In this document: piece after piece, positions 29,601 through 39,503 of the stretch | How the letters are laid out: each line of letters begins with the position of its first letter | Position numbering within the stretch: position 1 is the stretch's first letter | Assembly (NCBI GenBank): GCA_963847625.1 | Contig: CAWKAR010000028.1 | Span: forward strand, 96,001-160,000 | Length of the DNA stretch: 64,000 nucleotides | Reading direction: 5' to 3' | Source of the DNA: a candidate division FCPU426 bacterium | Lineage (GTDB): Bacteria; Oederibacteriota; Muellerivitia; Muellerivitales; Muellerivitaceae | Notes under the pieces: model-generated | Told to the model about the DNA's origin: nothing | What the model saw: only the letters and a program-made list of their open reading frames with translations | Database searches by the model: none | Made by a program: the position numbers and the translations under genes

Positions 29601-30179
29601 GTTATGCCGGGGCCGGTTGAAATTGTCCAGGCCCGACGCGTGAAGGATCGGGATGCCCGGGCCCGCCGTCGGTTCCCGGTCCGGGGCATAGAAAAGGGTT
29701 CCATCCGGCCGGAAATGGGTGACAAAGTTGACGTGAAACGCCCTTCCGACGTCCCCCACGGTTCCTTCCACGTCCACCAGCATCCGGGAAGGATAGGTTT
29801 TCACCACGCGCAGGCCGTTGGCTTGGGCGAAGTCCTGAACGGCTTTGTACTCGCTTTCGGCCGGGCCGAACTTTTCGGTGAATTCCCCGGGGGACAAGAA
29901 ATGCCGGTATTGGGGGCTCTGGGGATCGTAGAGTTTCTTTAAAACCTGCTGGAGGGCGGCGGTATTTTTCAGTGGAAGCCCAAGTGCTAATTTTAAACGC
30001 CGGGAGGAAGGCAATGTCCCCTGAACAGGCATAGAGGCCCATTCCTTTTTCAAATGGACATCCATGGGCCCTTGACCATAAGCCGGGGCTGGGCCGCTGA
30101 GCGCTGACAATAGCGGGATCACCGCAAGGGGAACCGCGATGGCGCGGCGCAAATAGGGACAAATGCTGTTTGAATTCAT
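26692..30179 (-). pseudogene. Frameshifted S53 (sedolisin/kumamolisin-like) peptidase + NHL propeller + Thr/Pro linker + DUF11-like + CTD (subtype I)
   Basis: Propeptide and EVTLDID lie in ORF 29112-30212; ASGD, GGTSAAAP and GYDLATGWGSP lie in ORF 26692-29115. One extra G in the G6 run at 29166-29171 restores APPLCPEISCSWGG and joins them. Confidence 0.85.
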
Positions 30180-30340
30180 ATTACCTTTATCCAATAAAAG
30201 AACCGGCGCCAACCCATTGATAAAATCATACCCGGAAAGAAGACTTTTTAGGCGGTTTTTTCCCTGAAGGGTCGTTCTTTGAATCCGCGTTTAGAAATGT
30301 ATATTTTCGGGTTGCCGTGGTTGAAAGATTTGGGCCAAAA

Positions 30341-33300
30341 TCAGCGGAGAACGAGGACTTTCAATATGGTTGTCCCCATGACCGGGCCGTCAACTTGGAC
30401 CCGTATATAGTAAAGCCCATCAGCCACCGGCTGGCCCCAGCAATCTTCCAAGTTCCAAACTAGGGTGGCATCTTTGCCGGTAACGGGATTGGAAACATCC
30501 AGGATCTTGCGGAAAGCCGTGGTAAAGACGCTCCATTCGACCGTGGAAAAGGTTGGGAACCGCAGCCGGATAGAAACGGGCCCCGCGCCCTGGACGGGGT
30601 TGGGATAGGGCGGCCCGATTACAACACCCGCCACAGTCGAGGTTGGGGTAAGAGTGGAAGTGAAAATTGGAGTTGAAGACAGTGTCGGTGTCGGGCTTGG
30701 GGTGGCGGTCGGACTTGCGGTGAGGGTGACTGTGTCGGTCACAGTGGCCGTCCCAGTCTGTGTTGCAGTGGCTGTTGGGATCTGGGAGGCTGTCGCGCTA
30801 GGAGTCATCGAATCCGTCGAGGTGTTCGTAGGCGTGCTGGTGGATGTGGAAGTCGGCGTATTGGTGATGGTGGGAGTGGGGGTTGGTGTGGGTGTGATCG
30901 TCATCTTCGGCGTAAGCGTAGGTGTGTGAGTGGGTGTGGATGTCATCGTTGACGTGGGCGTACTGGTGGGGGTCCGGGTAATGGTCCACATCATAGTAAA
31001 TGAGTTTGTAGGGGTCATCATCCAATTCGTGGGCGTCATTGTAGCCGTTAGCGTGTTCATGAACGTGTTCGTCGGCGTGAATGTGTTGGTCGGTATAGAA
31101 GAAGTGGAGGTGGGTGTCGGGGTCGCTGTGGGCGTCAGAGTGGGTGTATAGGTATAGGTAAAGGTATAGGTGAAAGTTTCGCTGAATGTCGGCGTGAATG
31201 TATCCGTTGGCGTCGACGTGAGCGTAAGCGTCGGTGTATTCGTAGAAGTAGCTGTCGGAGTGTTGATAAGGGTAATCGTACCGGTAGGTGTTCTCGTCGA
31301 TGTGGGGGTGTTCGTCGGGGTCGGGGTCTTCGTGGGCGTTTGGGTCCAGGTCGGCGTGCGTGTATTGGTCAGCGTGCGCGTAAGCGTCGGCGTGAGTGTC
31401 GGGGTCAAAGTGCGGGTGTCAGTAGGGGTTCGGGTTAACGTCCAGGTCAGGGTGGGGGTTGGGGTTTCCGTCTGAGTTCGGGTCAATGTCAGCGTGATCG
31501 TCGAAGTGGACGTACCCGTACTGGTTGCAGTCAACGTACTCGTAGAAGTGGGCGACGCGCAAAAGGGGCCGCAAGGCGAGAAAGTAAACGTTGGGGTTGG
31601 TGTAAACGGAACATGGGTCGCGTTGGGATTGCAGTAATTCGAACGGGTGAAAATCCCATTGCTTCCATAACCCCCATATTCATCGCCTTGGCCCCCGGCA
31701 CCACCAGAAATCAAAGCGGAACCGGTAAAATTATAGCTGCTCAAAATGCAAAAAGTAATGAATCCCCCGCTGCCGCCGCCGCCGCCAAAAGCGTCAAAAT
31801 CATCGTCAATTCCCGATTTTCCTCCATTCCCACCTATCACACTGATTACACCAGTACCCACAATTCTACTTGCGCTGATATTAACCGTTCCACCTGAACC
31901 GCCTCCGGCGCCGTTTGAAGAATCCCCAGATCCGCTAATAGTACAAGAAGCACCGGCCGTACCGCTAAAATCCAATGTTCCATTCAAGACTACTGTGCCG
32001 GTGGTAGCCGTTAAGATCAGTGCCGATCCTCCATTCCCTCCGGGCAAATTTATACTCGGCAAGCCGGACGGAACATTGTATGTCGATCCCCCAGCGCTTC
32101 CTGGCTGGGTGGGATTGGCGGCATCGTCATAGGAAGGCCCCGCGCCAAAATACAAATTCCACGGTTCCTGTTCATATATCCCGGGCCCGCCGGGGCCGGC
32201 GTGTCCGCCCCCTCCGCCGCTGCCCGGGCCGCAACACCCAGATACTCCAAAAAAACCGACACCTGGCCCCGCACTACCCGCCAACCCAGAGCCGTTAATA
32301 GAACCTCCGGCATCAACCGTGACGCCTCCGGTCACGTTTATGGTAACCACTCCCTCTATATAAAGGATCCCGCCGGATGAAACATGAAGACTGCAAAGAT
32401 TGTAAGTGCCTGATGGAAGATACGAAACGCCGGTAACCGCCCAATTGCAGGGCGGTGTCGAAAACGTCGGGGTAATCGTCGGTGAGCCGGTGGGGGTTGA
32501 TGTGGGTGTCGGAGTGGAGGTAGAAGTATTGGTAGGAACATTAGTCGGCCATGGAGTAATGGTGTAGGTGGGCGTAGGGGTAATAAAAGCGGTCACATCA
32601 AACTTTGCTACAAATGCGTCTGAACTTCCGCCAAAAACTGTCTGAAAGGCCCCACTGGTCGCGGGAAAATTTGCGGGGGTTTCACCCGTGACATAAACGT
32701 TTCCCGACCCATCCAACGCGATTCCATAACCACATTCTTGATAACCCCCACCAAGATAGGTCGAATAGAGAAGAATGTTACCCGAAGCATTCAACTCCGC
32801 TATATAAGCACTGCCATAGTTAGTATCCCATGTCGTTTGATATGACCCACCTGTCATAGGGAAACTTCCTTCGGTACTTCCAGTCACATATGCATTCCCC
32901 GACGCATCTAAAGCTATGGCATAGCCCCAACAGGTACCACTCCCACCCAAATAGGTTGAATAGACCAGTGCGCTTCCCGAGGCATTCAATTTCGATACAA
33001 AAGCATCATCGTTATATCCTTGAGCCGTCTGATAAGCCCCACTAGTGGTGGGGAAATTAGGGGTATCGGTATATCCCGTTACATATGCACACCCCGAACC
33101 ATCCACTGCGATACTATAGCCATAAGAACCCCAATCAGTTGGACTACTCCCGCCCAGGTAGGTTGAATAGATCAAATCACTCGCCCCTCCACCAGCTGGA
33201 TTCAACTTTGCAACAAAAGCATCATACGTGTCGTTGCCGAAAACCGTCTGAAAAGCCCCACTAGTGGTGGGAAAATATCCTTCGGCCGTTCCTGTCACAT

Positions 33301-34888
33301 AAACGTTTCCTGAACCATCTAACGCGATACCTTGGCCCCCGTCATATCCCCCACCACCGCCCAGGTAAGTTGAATAAACCAGAGTGCTTCCTGAAGAGTT
33401 CAGTTCCGTTATAAAAGCATACGTACCACCACTAGAAGACGTTTGATAAGCCCCATTGGTCGTGGGAAAATCCGTTGAAGTCGTACTTCCTGTCACATAA
33501 GCGTTTCCCGAGCCATTCACCGTGATTGAATAACCCAAATCATCAGCGCTTCCACCCAAATAAGTCGAATAAACCAGATTGCTTCCCGAGGCATTCAGTT
33601 CCGTTACAAAAGCTTCCAGGTTGCCGCCATAAACCGTCTGAAAGGCCCCACTCGTCGTGGGAAAATTCGCTGAAGATGTAGTTCCTGTCACATAAGCGTT
33701 CCCAGCCCCATCCACTGCGATACCTGTGCACCAATCTTCACTGCTTCCACCCAGGTAGGTTGAATATACCAAGGCGCTACCCGATGCATTCACCTCCGTC
33801 ACAAAAGCGTCTCGACCACCGGCATAAATCGTTTGAAAGGCCCCGCTGGTCGCTGGAAAATCTATTGAATACGTATATCCTGTCACATAAGCGTTTCCAG
33901 ATCCGTCCACCGCGATTCCACACGGAAAATCTAAATCACTTCCGCCTAGGTAGGTTGAGTAATCCAATTGGGGATCGATCACCAGGGGACTGGTTTTGTC
34001 ATAGTTCCCCATTTCAAATCCAATTTTCCCATCCCTCTTGATCTTGTAGGCACCATCAATTTTGGTTTTTCCCGCTCTCTGTTCTTGGTAAACAACCGGC
34101 GCCTTAAAAGCCACATCCCCTTGGGCCAGGTGGAAAATTAGATTTCCCTGGCCGTCCACTTCGGCGGCTTTGGCGCCCTCGTAACTGAGGCCAATGACAC
34201 TTGGATCCGCCCCGGGTTTTACTTCGAAATCATATTCCAACTTTCGCTGTGCGCCGTAATACACCATGTCAATGCCGGGATAAACTTCCTTCATCTTCAC
34301 TTTGGCGTAGTTAGCAATGTTGGTGTGCCACTTGGTAGAATCATTTCCGATAAAGTAATTGCTCTTCCCTTCCGCCTTTTCCAAACCTTCGAATTCAGCC
34401 AAGCGGTTCCCTCCCTCGAGCCTCAAACGCAAAACCTCTGGAGAACCAATTAGTAATAAGGCCCCTGTAGCAGATGCCTTTGGCATCGCTGACAGGGCAT
34501 GGTTAGGAATTTGGAATTTACGACTTTGGCTACCGGCTTTACGTGATAAATCTTTAGGCTCTCCATGCTTCAGGACAAACACCGCTTCGGAGGGGGTGAT
34601 GAAAAGAGAATAGCCGCTTCCCCGGGAGATAAACTTTACTTGGGGATTGAACTGGCCCTCGTTTGGCTCGAAGTAAAGCGGGATTTTTCCGTAATTCTGG
34701 TTAAGTTTTATTAGCGCGGATTGATTGGGCTGGGTGATTTTGGAAGAGACGTTTGATTTTTTCAAAGCGGGAGAAGAACTGTTTCGGCTTGTTGATACTA
34801 AACCCATTCCAAATACCGCGATGACGCAGGCCAATAGACCTGCATTTAAAAGACGTAACCTATTTCGAAATATTTTCATCAGAATCAT
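30341..34888 (-). CDS. Secreted SBBP beta-propeller protein with Gly-rich passenger domain, long Thr/Pro linker and CTD (subtype II)
   Basis: FEPNEGQ...VYPGID...LEYDF...LVIDP N-domain; many [20 protein letters not shown] repeats; CTD PYPNP...TTAFRK...ADGLYY...KVLVLR. Confidence 0.9.
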   Translation of the reverse strand: MILMKIFRNRLRLLNAGLLACVIAVFGMGLVSTSRNSSSPALKKSNVSSKITQPNQSALIKLNQNYGKIPLYFEPNEGQFNPQVKFISRGSGYSLFITPSEAVFVLKHGEPKDLSRKAGSQSRKFQIPNHALSAMPKASATGALLLIGSPEVLRLRLEGGNRLAEFEGLEKAEGKSNYFIGNDSTKWHTNIANYAKVKMKEVYPGIDMVYYGAQRKLEYDFEVKPGADPSVIGLSYEGAKAAEVDGQGNLIFHLAQGDVAFKAPVVYQEQRAGKTKIDGAYKIKRDGKIGFEMGNYDKTSPLVIDPQLDYSTYLGGSDLDFPCGIAVDGSGNAYVTGYTYSIDFPATSGAFQTIYAGGRDAFVTEVNASGSALVYSTYLGGSSEDWCTGIAVDGAGNAYVTGTTSSANFPTTSGAFQTVYGGNLEAFVTELNASGSNLVYSTYLGGSADDLGYSITVNGSGNAYVTGSTTSTDFPTTNGAYQTSSSGGTYAFITELNSSGSTLVYSTYLGGGGGYDGGQGIALDGSGNVYVTGTAEGYFPTTSGAFQTVFGNDTYDAFVAKLNPAGGGASDLIYSTYLGGSSPTDWGSYGYSIAVDGSGCAYVTGYTDTPNFPTTSGAYQTAQGYNDDAFVSKLNASGSALVYSTYLGGSGTCWGYAIALDASGNAYVTGSTEGSFPMTGGSYQTTWDTNYGSAYIAELNASGNILLYSTYLGGGYQECGYGIALDGSGNVYVTGETPANFPATSGAFQTVFGGSSDAFVAKFDVTAFITPTPTYTITPWPTNVPTNTSTSTPTPTSTPTGSPTITPTFSTPPCNWAVTGVSYLPSGTYNLCSLHVSSGGILYIEGVVTINVTGGVTVDAGGSINGSGLAGSAGPGVGFFGVSGCCGPGSGGGGGHAGPGGPGIYEQEPWNLYFGAGPSYDDAANPTQPGSAGGSTYNVPSGLPSINLPGGNGGSALILTATTGTVVLNGTLDFSGTAGASCTISGSGDSSNGAGGGSGGTVNISASRIVGTGVISVIGGNGGKSGIDDDFDAFGGGGGSGGFITFCILSSYNFTGSALISGGAGGQGDEYGGYGSNGIFTRSNYCNPNATHVPFTPTPTFTFSPCGPFCASPTSTSTLTATSTGTSTSTITLTLTRTQTETPTPTLTWTLTRTPTDTRTLTPTLTPTLTRTLTNTRTPTWTQTPTKTPTPTNTPTSTRTPTGTITLINTPTATSTNTPTLTLTSTPTDTFTPTFSETFTYTFTYTYTPTLTPTATPTPTSTSSIPTNTFTPTNTFMNTLTATMTPTNWMMTPTNSFTMMWTITRTPTSTPTSTMTSTPTHTPTLTPKMTITPTPTPTPTITNTPTSTSTSTPTNTSTDSMTPSATASQIPTATATQTGTATVTDTVTLTASPTATPSPTPTLSSTPIFTSTLTPTSTVAGVVIGPPYPNPVQGAGPVSIRLRFPTFSTVEWSVFTTAFRKILDVSNPVTGKDATLVWNLEDCWGQPVADGLYYIRVQVDGPVMGTTILKVLVLR

Positions 34889-35045
34889 GAGTCCGTCCAG
34901 GGTGAGCCAGATATGGTTAATTTTCCCACGATTTGGCTATTAGGGATGTCTCTTTCCACACCCTCTAGACGGAAAAAGGGCCGATTTAATCCAAAAACAA
35001 TGCAAAAAAATGAAGCTAAAAAAGCCGGTTTTATTGGCTTTTCGG
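34889..35045 (-). promoter_or_regulatory. Conserved 5' leader/promoter region, copy 1
   Basis: Aligns over ~155 bp with 46321-46475; contains complementary segments 34893-34904 and 34959-34972. Confidence 0.7.
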
Positions 35046-35070
35046 GAGTATACGCAAGTTGAATTTCCGC

Positions 35071-35157
35071 TCTGCGGAGAACGAGGACTTTCAAGATCTT
35101 TACCGTCGTGGTTCCCTCCACAACCGCCTTCACCCGGAGGTAATAAAGCCCGTCGGC
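35071..35157 (-). pseudogene. Orphan 3' tail of a subtype-II CTD gene
   Basis: [28 protein letters not shown], nearly identical in DNA to 41845-41931, with the stop TGA changed to AGA. Confidence 0.8.
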
Positions 35158-35215
35158 CATAGGAATTGAAATAAACCAGCAGGCATGGCCAGCTTGCATA
35201 TAAAAGAAAACAAGC

Positions 35216-38200
35216 CTACTTCAGAAGAAGGACCCTTTTAACTTTCCGGCTATATGGTTCGACGAGGTATAAAACATAGACCCCACTGGCGCAGGGGTCC
35301 CCGAATTTGTTCTTCCCGTCCCATTGGTAAGAAGCAGCGATCGGGCCATCCAAATACTGCTCATCCAGGCCCTTGATGTGTTCTCCGGCCGAATTATAAA
35401 TCCCCAGGGAATAATTACCAGGATACCGATCGTATTCCACGAATATGGAAACCGGGTCCGAGGAACTGAAGACATTTTTGGATACGTAAAAGATGTCGGT
35501 GTAAACAGGGATCGGGGTGGGCGTACAGGTATTGCCGGGATACCCGCAAGGCGTGTCCGTGACAGTTGGGGATGGAGTTGAAGTAGGCGTTGGGGTAATA
35601 GTGGGAGTATTCGTGATCGTAAAGGTATCCGTAATGGTGGGAGTGGAAGTAGGGGTGCGGGTTAGGGTGGGGGTCCAAGTGTTCGTGGGTGTGCGGGAGG
35701 GCGTGGAAGTTGGACTCAGGGTGAAAGTCTTGGTAATGGTCAGAGTGGGCGTTACCGTGGGAGTAAGCGTGACGGTCGGGGTGTTGGTGGGAGTGGCCAA
35801 CACGATGCTAATGGCGGCCCCGTTGACCGTTGTCGGGGTGAACAGCACCGGCTGGCCGTTGTTGCCCGTCTCACCCGTGATGCTGAATTGGTAGCTCCCA
35901 ACCGTGGCGGTGTCCGAGAAATTCGCCTGCACCTGATAGGTCACCGACCCGTTGTTCGCCGGGATCGTGTCGTTGAAATTAATGGTCGTGGCCGATCCGG
36001 TGACGGCCACCGTCGTGACCGGAACACCGTTCTTCAAGAGCGTGATCGAGGTGACCCCGGATGCCGGCGCGCCCGATTCCGTCACGGTCAGGCTCGTCAG
36101 GCTCACCGGGTTGGTCCCCGGGTTTGTCAACACGATCTGATCCACCGGCACCCCCGAAGTACCCTGCAATTGGGTCCCGTTGGCCGGGGGATTGGTCCCC
36201 GCCGAGACCTGGACCGTCACCTGCGTCGGGGTAAAGGTGGGAGTGGCCCCGCCGGGAGTCGGGGTAATGGTGGGAGTGGCGGTGTTGGTGGGAGGAGGAG
36301 TGCTGGTATTAGTGGCGGTGATGGTGGGAGTGCCCGGAATGACCGTAATCACGGCCCCACATAGGGGCAATGGGGCGAAGAGGGCGGGTTGCCCGTTCGA
36401 TCCCGACGCGCCGGTCAGGCAGGTTTGGTAGGTTCCCGTAATAGCGCTATTCGAGAAGTTTGCCTCCACCGTGTAGGTCGCCGCCCCGCTGTTCGCCGGG
36501 ATCAGGTCAGTGAAGCTGAAGACGGCCGTGGACCCGGTAAAGATGGCGGTGCCGATCACCGTACCGTTCTTCAAAAGGGACACCGAGGTGATTCCCGTGG
36601 CGAAATTCCCCGACCCGGCCGCGGTAAGGGTAAGGCTGGTCATCGTGACCACGCTGCTGCCCGGGTTGGTCAGCTGGATTTGCTGGATCGTGACGCCGGC
36701 CGTCCCCGGGTATTGAACGCTGCTCCCCGGGGGGTTGGTCCCCGCCGAGACCTGCACCGTCACCTGCGTCGGGGTGGGGGTAGAGGTAGGCCCACCGGGA
36801 GTCGGGGTAATGGTGGGTGTGCGCGTCAGAGTGGGTGTTGATGTGGCCGTTTGGGTCGGGGTCCCTGTCGGCGTATTTGTCCGGGTCGGAGTGTTCGCGG
36901 GGGTGTTTGTCATCGTAGGCGTATTCGTTGCCGTGGGCGTCGGTGTTCGCGTGGGCGTGGGTGTATTCGTGGACCCGCCCGGAGTAAGGGTACAAAAATT
37001 ATAGGAGGCAAACTTCATCACGAAGGCGTCGTCCCCGCCCCCCCCATAGAGCACCTGGTACACCCCGCTGGTCGCGGGGAAGGTTCCGGACGTTTGACCC
37101 GTGATATAAACCGCCCCGGCCGGGTCCAAAGCGATGCCATTGCCGTAATCGTCCACAGCATTGGAGTTAAGGTAAGTCGAATAGAGCAGATCGCTCGCTC
37201 CGCCGCCCGCCGGGCGAACCACGGAGAAAAATGCGTTGATGTTGTCGGCGCTGCCCGTTGTCAGGTAGGCCCCGCTCGTGGTGGGGAATCCCGGCTGCCA
37301 GTTCCAACCGGTGATATAGGCGTTCCCGCATCCATCCACCTCCAACGCGTTGCCACCGGATTGTTCGCAGGTCCCGTGCACGAAGGTCGAATAAAGCAGG
37401 TCGGCCCCTCCGCCGCCCGCCGGGTTTATCTTCATCAGGATGCACGCGCCCGTCAACCCAACCACCGTTGTTTGGTAGGCCCCGGGGGTGATGGAAATGG
37501 GCGCGGAAGCCCATCCCGTGAGATATACGTCCCCGGCCGAATCCAACGCGACGGCATTGGCTTCATCTTGCATACCACCCAGGTAGGTCGAGTAAAGCAA
37601 GCTGGTTCCCGTAGGGTTTAATTTCACTAAAAAACCATCTGGAAAAAAACAACCCGCAACGGGAGCGGTATTGAAGGCCCCGCCCGTGGTGGGGAATGCC
37701 CCGAAGGTATAGCCAGTGATATAAACATTATCGGCCGAATCCACGGCGATGCCAGTGGTGGACACGGCGGCGCTTCCGCCCACGTAGGTCGCCCAAAGCA
37801 TGTCGCTCGCCCCGCCGCCCGCCGGTTTCAACTTGGCCACGACCGCGTTGGGATTCGCGCCCCCGTTGCTGTTGGGCTGATAGACCCCCCCGGTCGTCGG
37901 GTAACCCGTCCCGTAAGTTCCGGCGATATACATGTTCCCCGCCGAATCAATCGTAAGGTTTCCACCGGCCGTCAGGTAGGTCCCATAAAGCACCCCGTTC
38001 CCAGCGGGGTTCAGTTTCATGGCAAAACCCAGTCCATTATTGGTATTGTAGGCCCCCGTAGAGGTGGGAACTTGGCCCCACCAATCGTACCCCGATATAA
38101 AAGCGTCCCCCGCCGAGTCCACCGCGATGGAATTGCCGGGATATAAATAAGTGCCGGTATTCCCGATGATATAAGTCGAATAGACGAGCGCGCTTCCCGA

Positions 38201-39211
38201 GGGATTCACTTTCGTCACGAAGACATCCATATAGCCGTCACCGGCCGTATTAAGGGCCCCCGGCGTTGCTGGAAATGTTCCAGGATAAGCGCCGGTGGTA
38301 TTTCCCCCCACGTAAGCGTTTCCGGAGGGATCCACCGCGATCGCCGTGCCCAGGTCGGCCCCTGTTCCGCCCAGGTAGGTGGAATAGTCCAACGCCGGGT
38401 CGATCACCAGCGGAAGGGATTTGTCGTAGGCCCCCGCTTGGAAACCGATCCGCCGGTCGCCTTCCAAAAGGTACCGGCCCGCCACCGGCTTCCTTTCCCC
38501 TCCCGCCATTTGGTACATCACCGGCGGTTTGAAGGCCACTTCCCCCGCTTCCATTTGGAAAATCAACTGACCCAGCTCATCCACAAATACTTTCCGGCAG
38601 CCCGTTGAATCCAGGTTGATCAGGCTGGGGTCCGACCCCGGTTTCACCACGAAGTCATATTCAAGATTCCGATGATTGCCGTAATAGACCATATCGATGC
38701 CCGGGTAGACTTCCCTCATCCTTACCTTGGCGTAATGTGAAATACCGGTAAACCAACGGGCCCGGTCCTTCCCGATGAAATAATTGCTTTTGCCGCCGGT
38801 CTTATCCAAACCCTCCAAAACGGCTTTTCGGTTCCCTCCCGCAAGACGCAACCGCAACACATCCGGGGAAGAAGTTAGGAGTGAGGAGTTAGGAGTTAGA
38901 AGTTTGGATGGATTAGAACCACCGCGTTTCAGGACGAAGACAGCTTCGGCGGGAGTCAGGTAGAGGGAGTAACCGCTTCCCCTGGACAAGAACCGCACCT
39001 GGGGATCGGCCTGACCTCGGTTGATCTCAAAAGCCAGCGGGATCCTGCCGTAAGATTTGGTGATTCGAAACTTATCAGCAGTGGAAACCGGCGGAATTCC
39101 GGCAGGAAAAGAATTTTTAACCCTTAGATTTGAATCCGTATTCATGGCGCTCAGGAAAAATAAGGCCGCGCCCATGACTGGAAAACTCAAAATATTTTTA
39201 TAACAATTCAT
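35216..39211 (-). CDS. Secreted SBBP beta-propeller protein with two Ig-like repeats, Thr/Pro linkers and CTD (subtype I)
   Basis: Same N-domain and YSTY repeats; duplicated QVTVQVSAGTNPP...ANFS...GQP module; [13 protein letters not shown]...CASGVY. Confidence 0.9.
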   Translation of the reverse strand: MNCYKNILSFPVMGAALFFLSAMNTDSNLRVKNSFPAGIPPVSTADKFRITKSYGRIPLAFEINRGQADPQVRFLSRGSGYSLYLTPAEAVFVLKRGGSNPSKLLTPNSSLLTSSPDVLRLRLAGGNRKAVLEGLDKTGGKSNYFIGKDRARWFTGISHYAKVRMREVYPGIDMVYYGNHRNLEYDFVVKPGSDPSLINLDSTGCRKVFVDELGQLIFQMEAGEVAFKPPVMYQMAGGERKPVAGRYLLEGDRRIGFQAGAYDKSLPLVIDPALDYSTYLGGTGADLGTAIAVDPSGNAYVGGNTTGAYPGTFPATPGALNTAGDGYMDVFVTKVNPSGSALVYSTYIIGNTGTYLYPGNSIAVDSAGDAFISGYDWWGQVPTSTGAYNTNNGLGFAMKLNPAGNGVLYGTYLTAGGNLTIDSAGNMYIAGTYGTGYPTTGGVYQPNSNGGANPNAVVAKLKPAGGGASDMLWATYVGGSAAVSTTGIAVDSADNVYITGYTFGAFPTTGGAFNTAPVAGCFFPDGFLVKLNPTGTSLLYSTYLGGMQDEANAVALDSAGDVYLTGWASAPISITPGAYQTTVVGLTGACILMKINPAGGGGADLLYSTFVHGTCEQSGGNALEVDGCGNAYITGWNWQPGFPTTSGAYLTTGSADNINAFFSVVRPAGGGASDLLYSTYLNSNAVDDYGNGIALDPAGAVYITGQTSGTFPATSGVYQVLYGGGGDDAFVMKFASYNFCTLTPGGSTNTPTPTRTPTPTATNTPTMTNTPANTPTRTNTPTGTPTQTATSTPTLTRTPTITPTPGGPTSTPTPTQVTVQVSAGTNPPGSSVQYPGTAGVTIQQIQLTNPGSSVVTMTSLTLTAAGSGNFATGITSVSLLKNGTVIGTAIFTGSTAVFSFTDLIPANSGAATYTVEANFSNSAITGTYQTCLTGASGSNGQPALFAPLPLCGAVITVIPGTPTITATNTSTPPPTNTATPTITPTPGGATPTFTPTQVTVQVSAGTNPPANGTQLQGTSGVPVDQIVLTNPGTNPVSLTSLTVTESGAPASGVTSITLLKNGVPVTTVAVTGSATTINFNDTIPANNGSVTYQVQANFSDTATVGSYQFSITGETGNNGQPVLFTPTTVNGAAISIVLATPTNTPTVTLTPTVTPTLTITKTFTLSPTSTPSRTPTNTWTPTLTRTPTSTPTITDTFTITNTPTITPTPTSTPSPTVTDTPCGYPGNTCTPTPIPVYTDIFYVSKNVFSSSDPVSIFVEYDRYPGNYSLGIYNSAGEHIKGLDEQYLDGPIAASYQWDGKNKFGDPCASGVYVLYLVEPYSRKVKRVLLLK

Positions 39212-39503
39212 ATCTTATATTCCCAAAGCTCTTCAGAAAGATTTTTAATTGTTAATATTATTTTAACAACCGGTTAACCAGGAACCATGGCATTGATTAT
39301 ACCGCTAATCAGGGCTAAGGGATGGCCCTCGCGCCCCTAAAAACAGGAGTGTTGTTCAACAAAAAAACGGCATATCTTGATCCCTGTCCTCCCCATCCCA
39401 ATACCTTTCCAGCCATCCAGGGTTGAGTGAAATGAGCCCCTGAGAGGATTTTTAAAATTTCAGATTTGTATTTGAAAATAAATCTAAAACATTTTTCCGG
39501 GTC

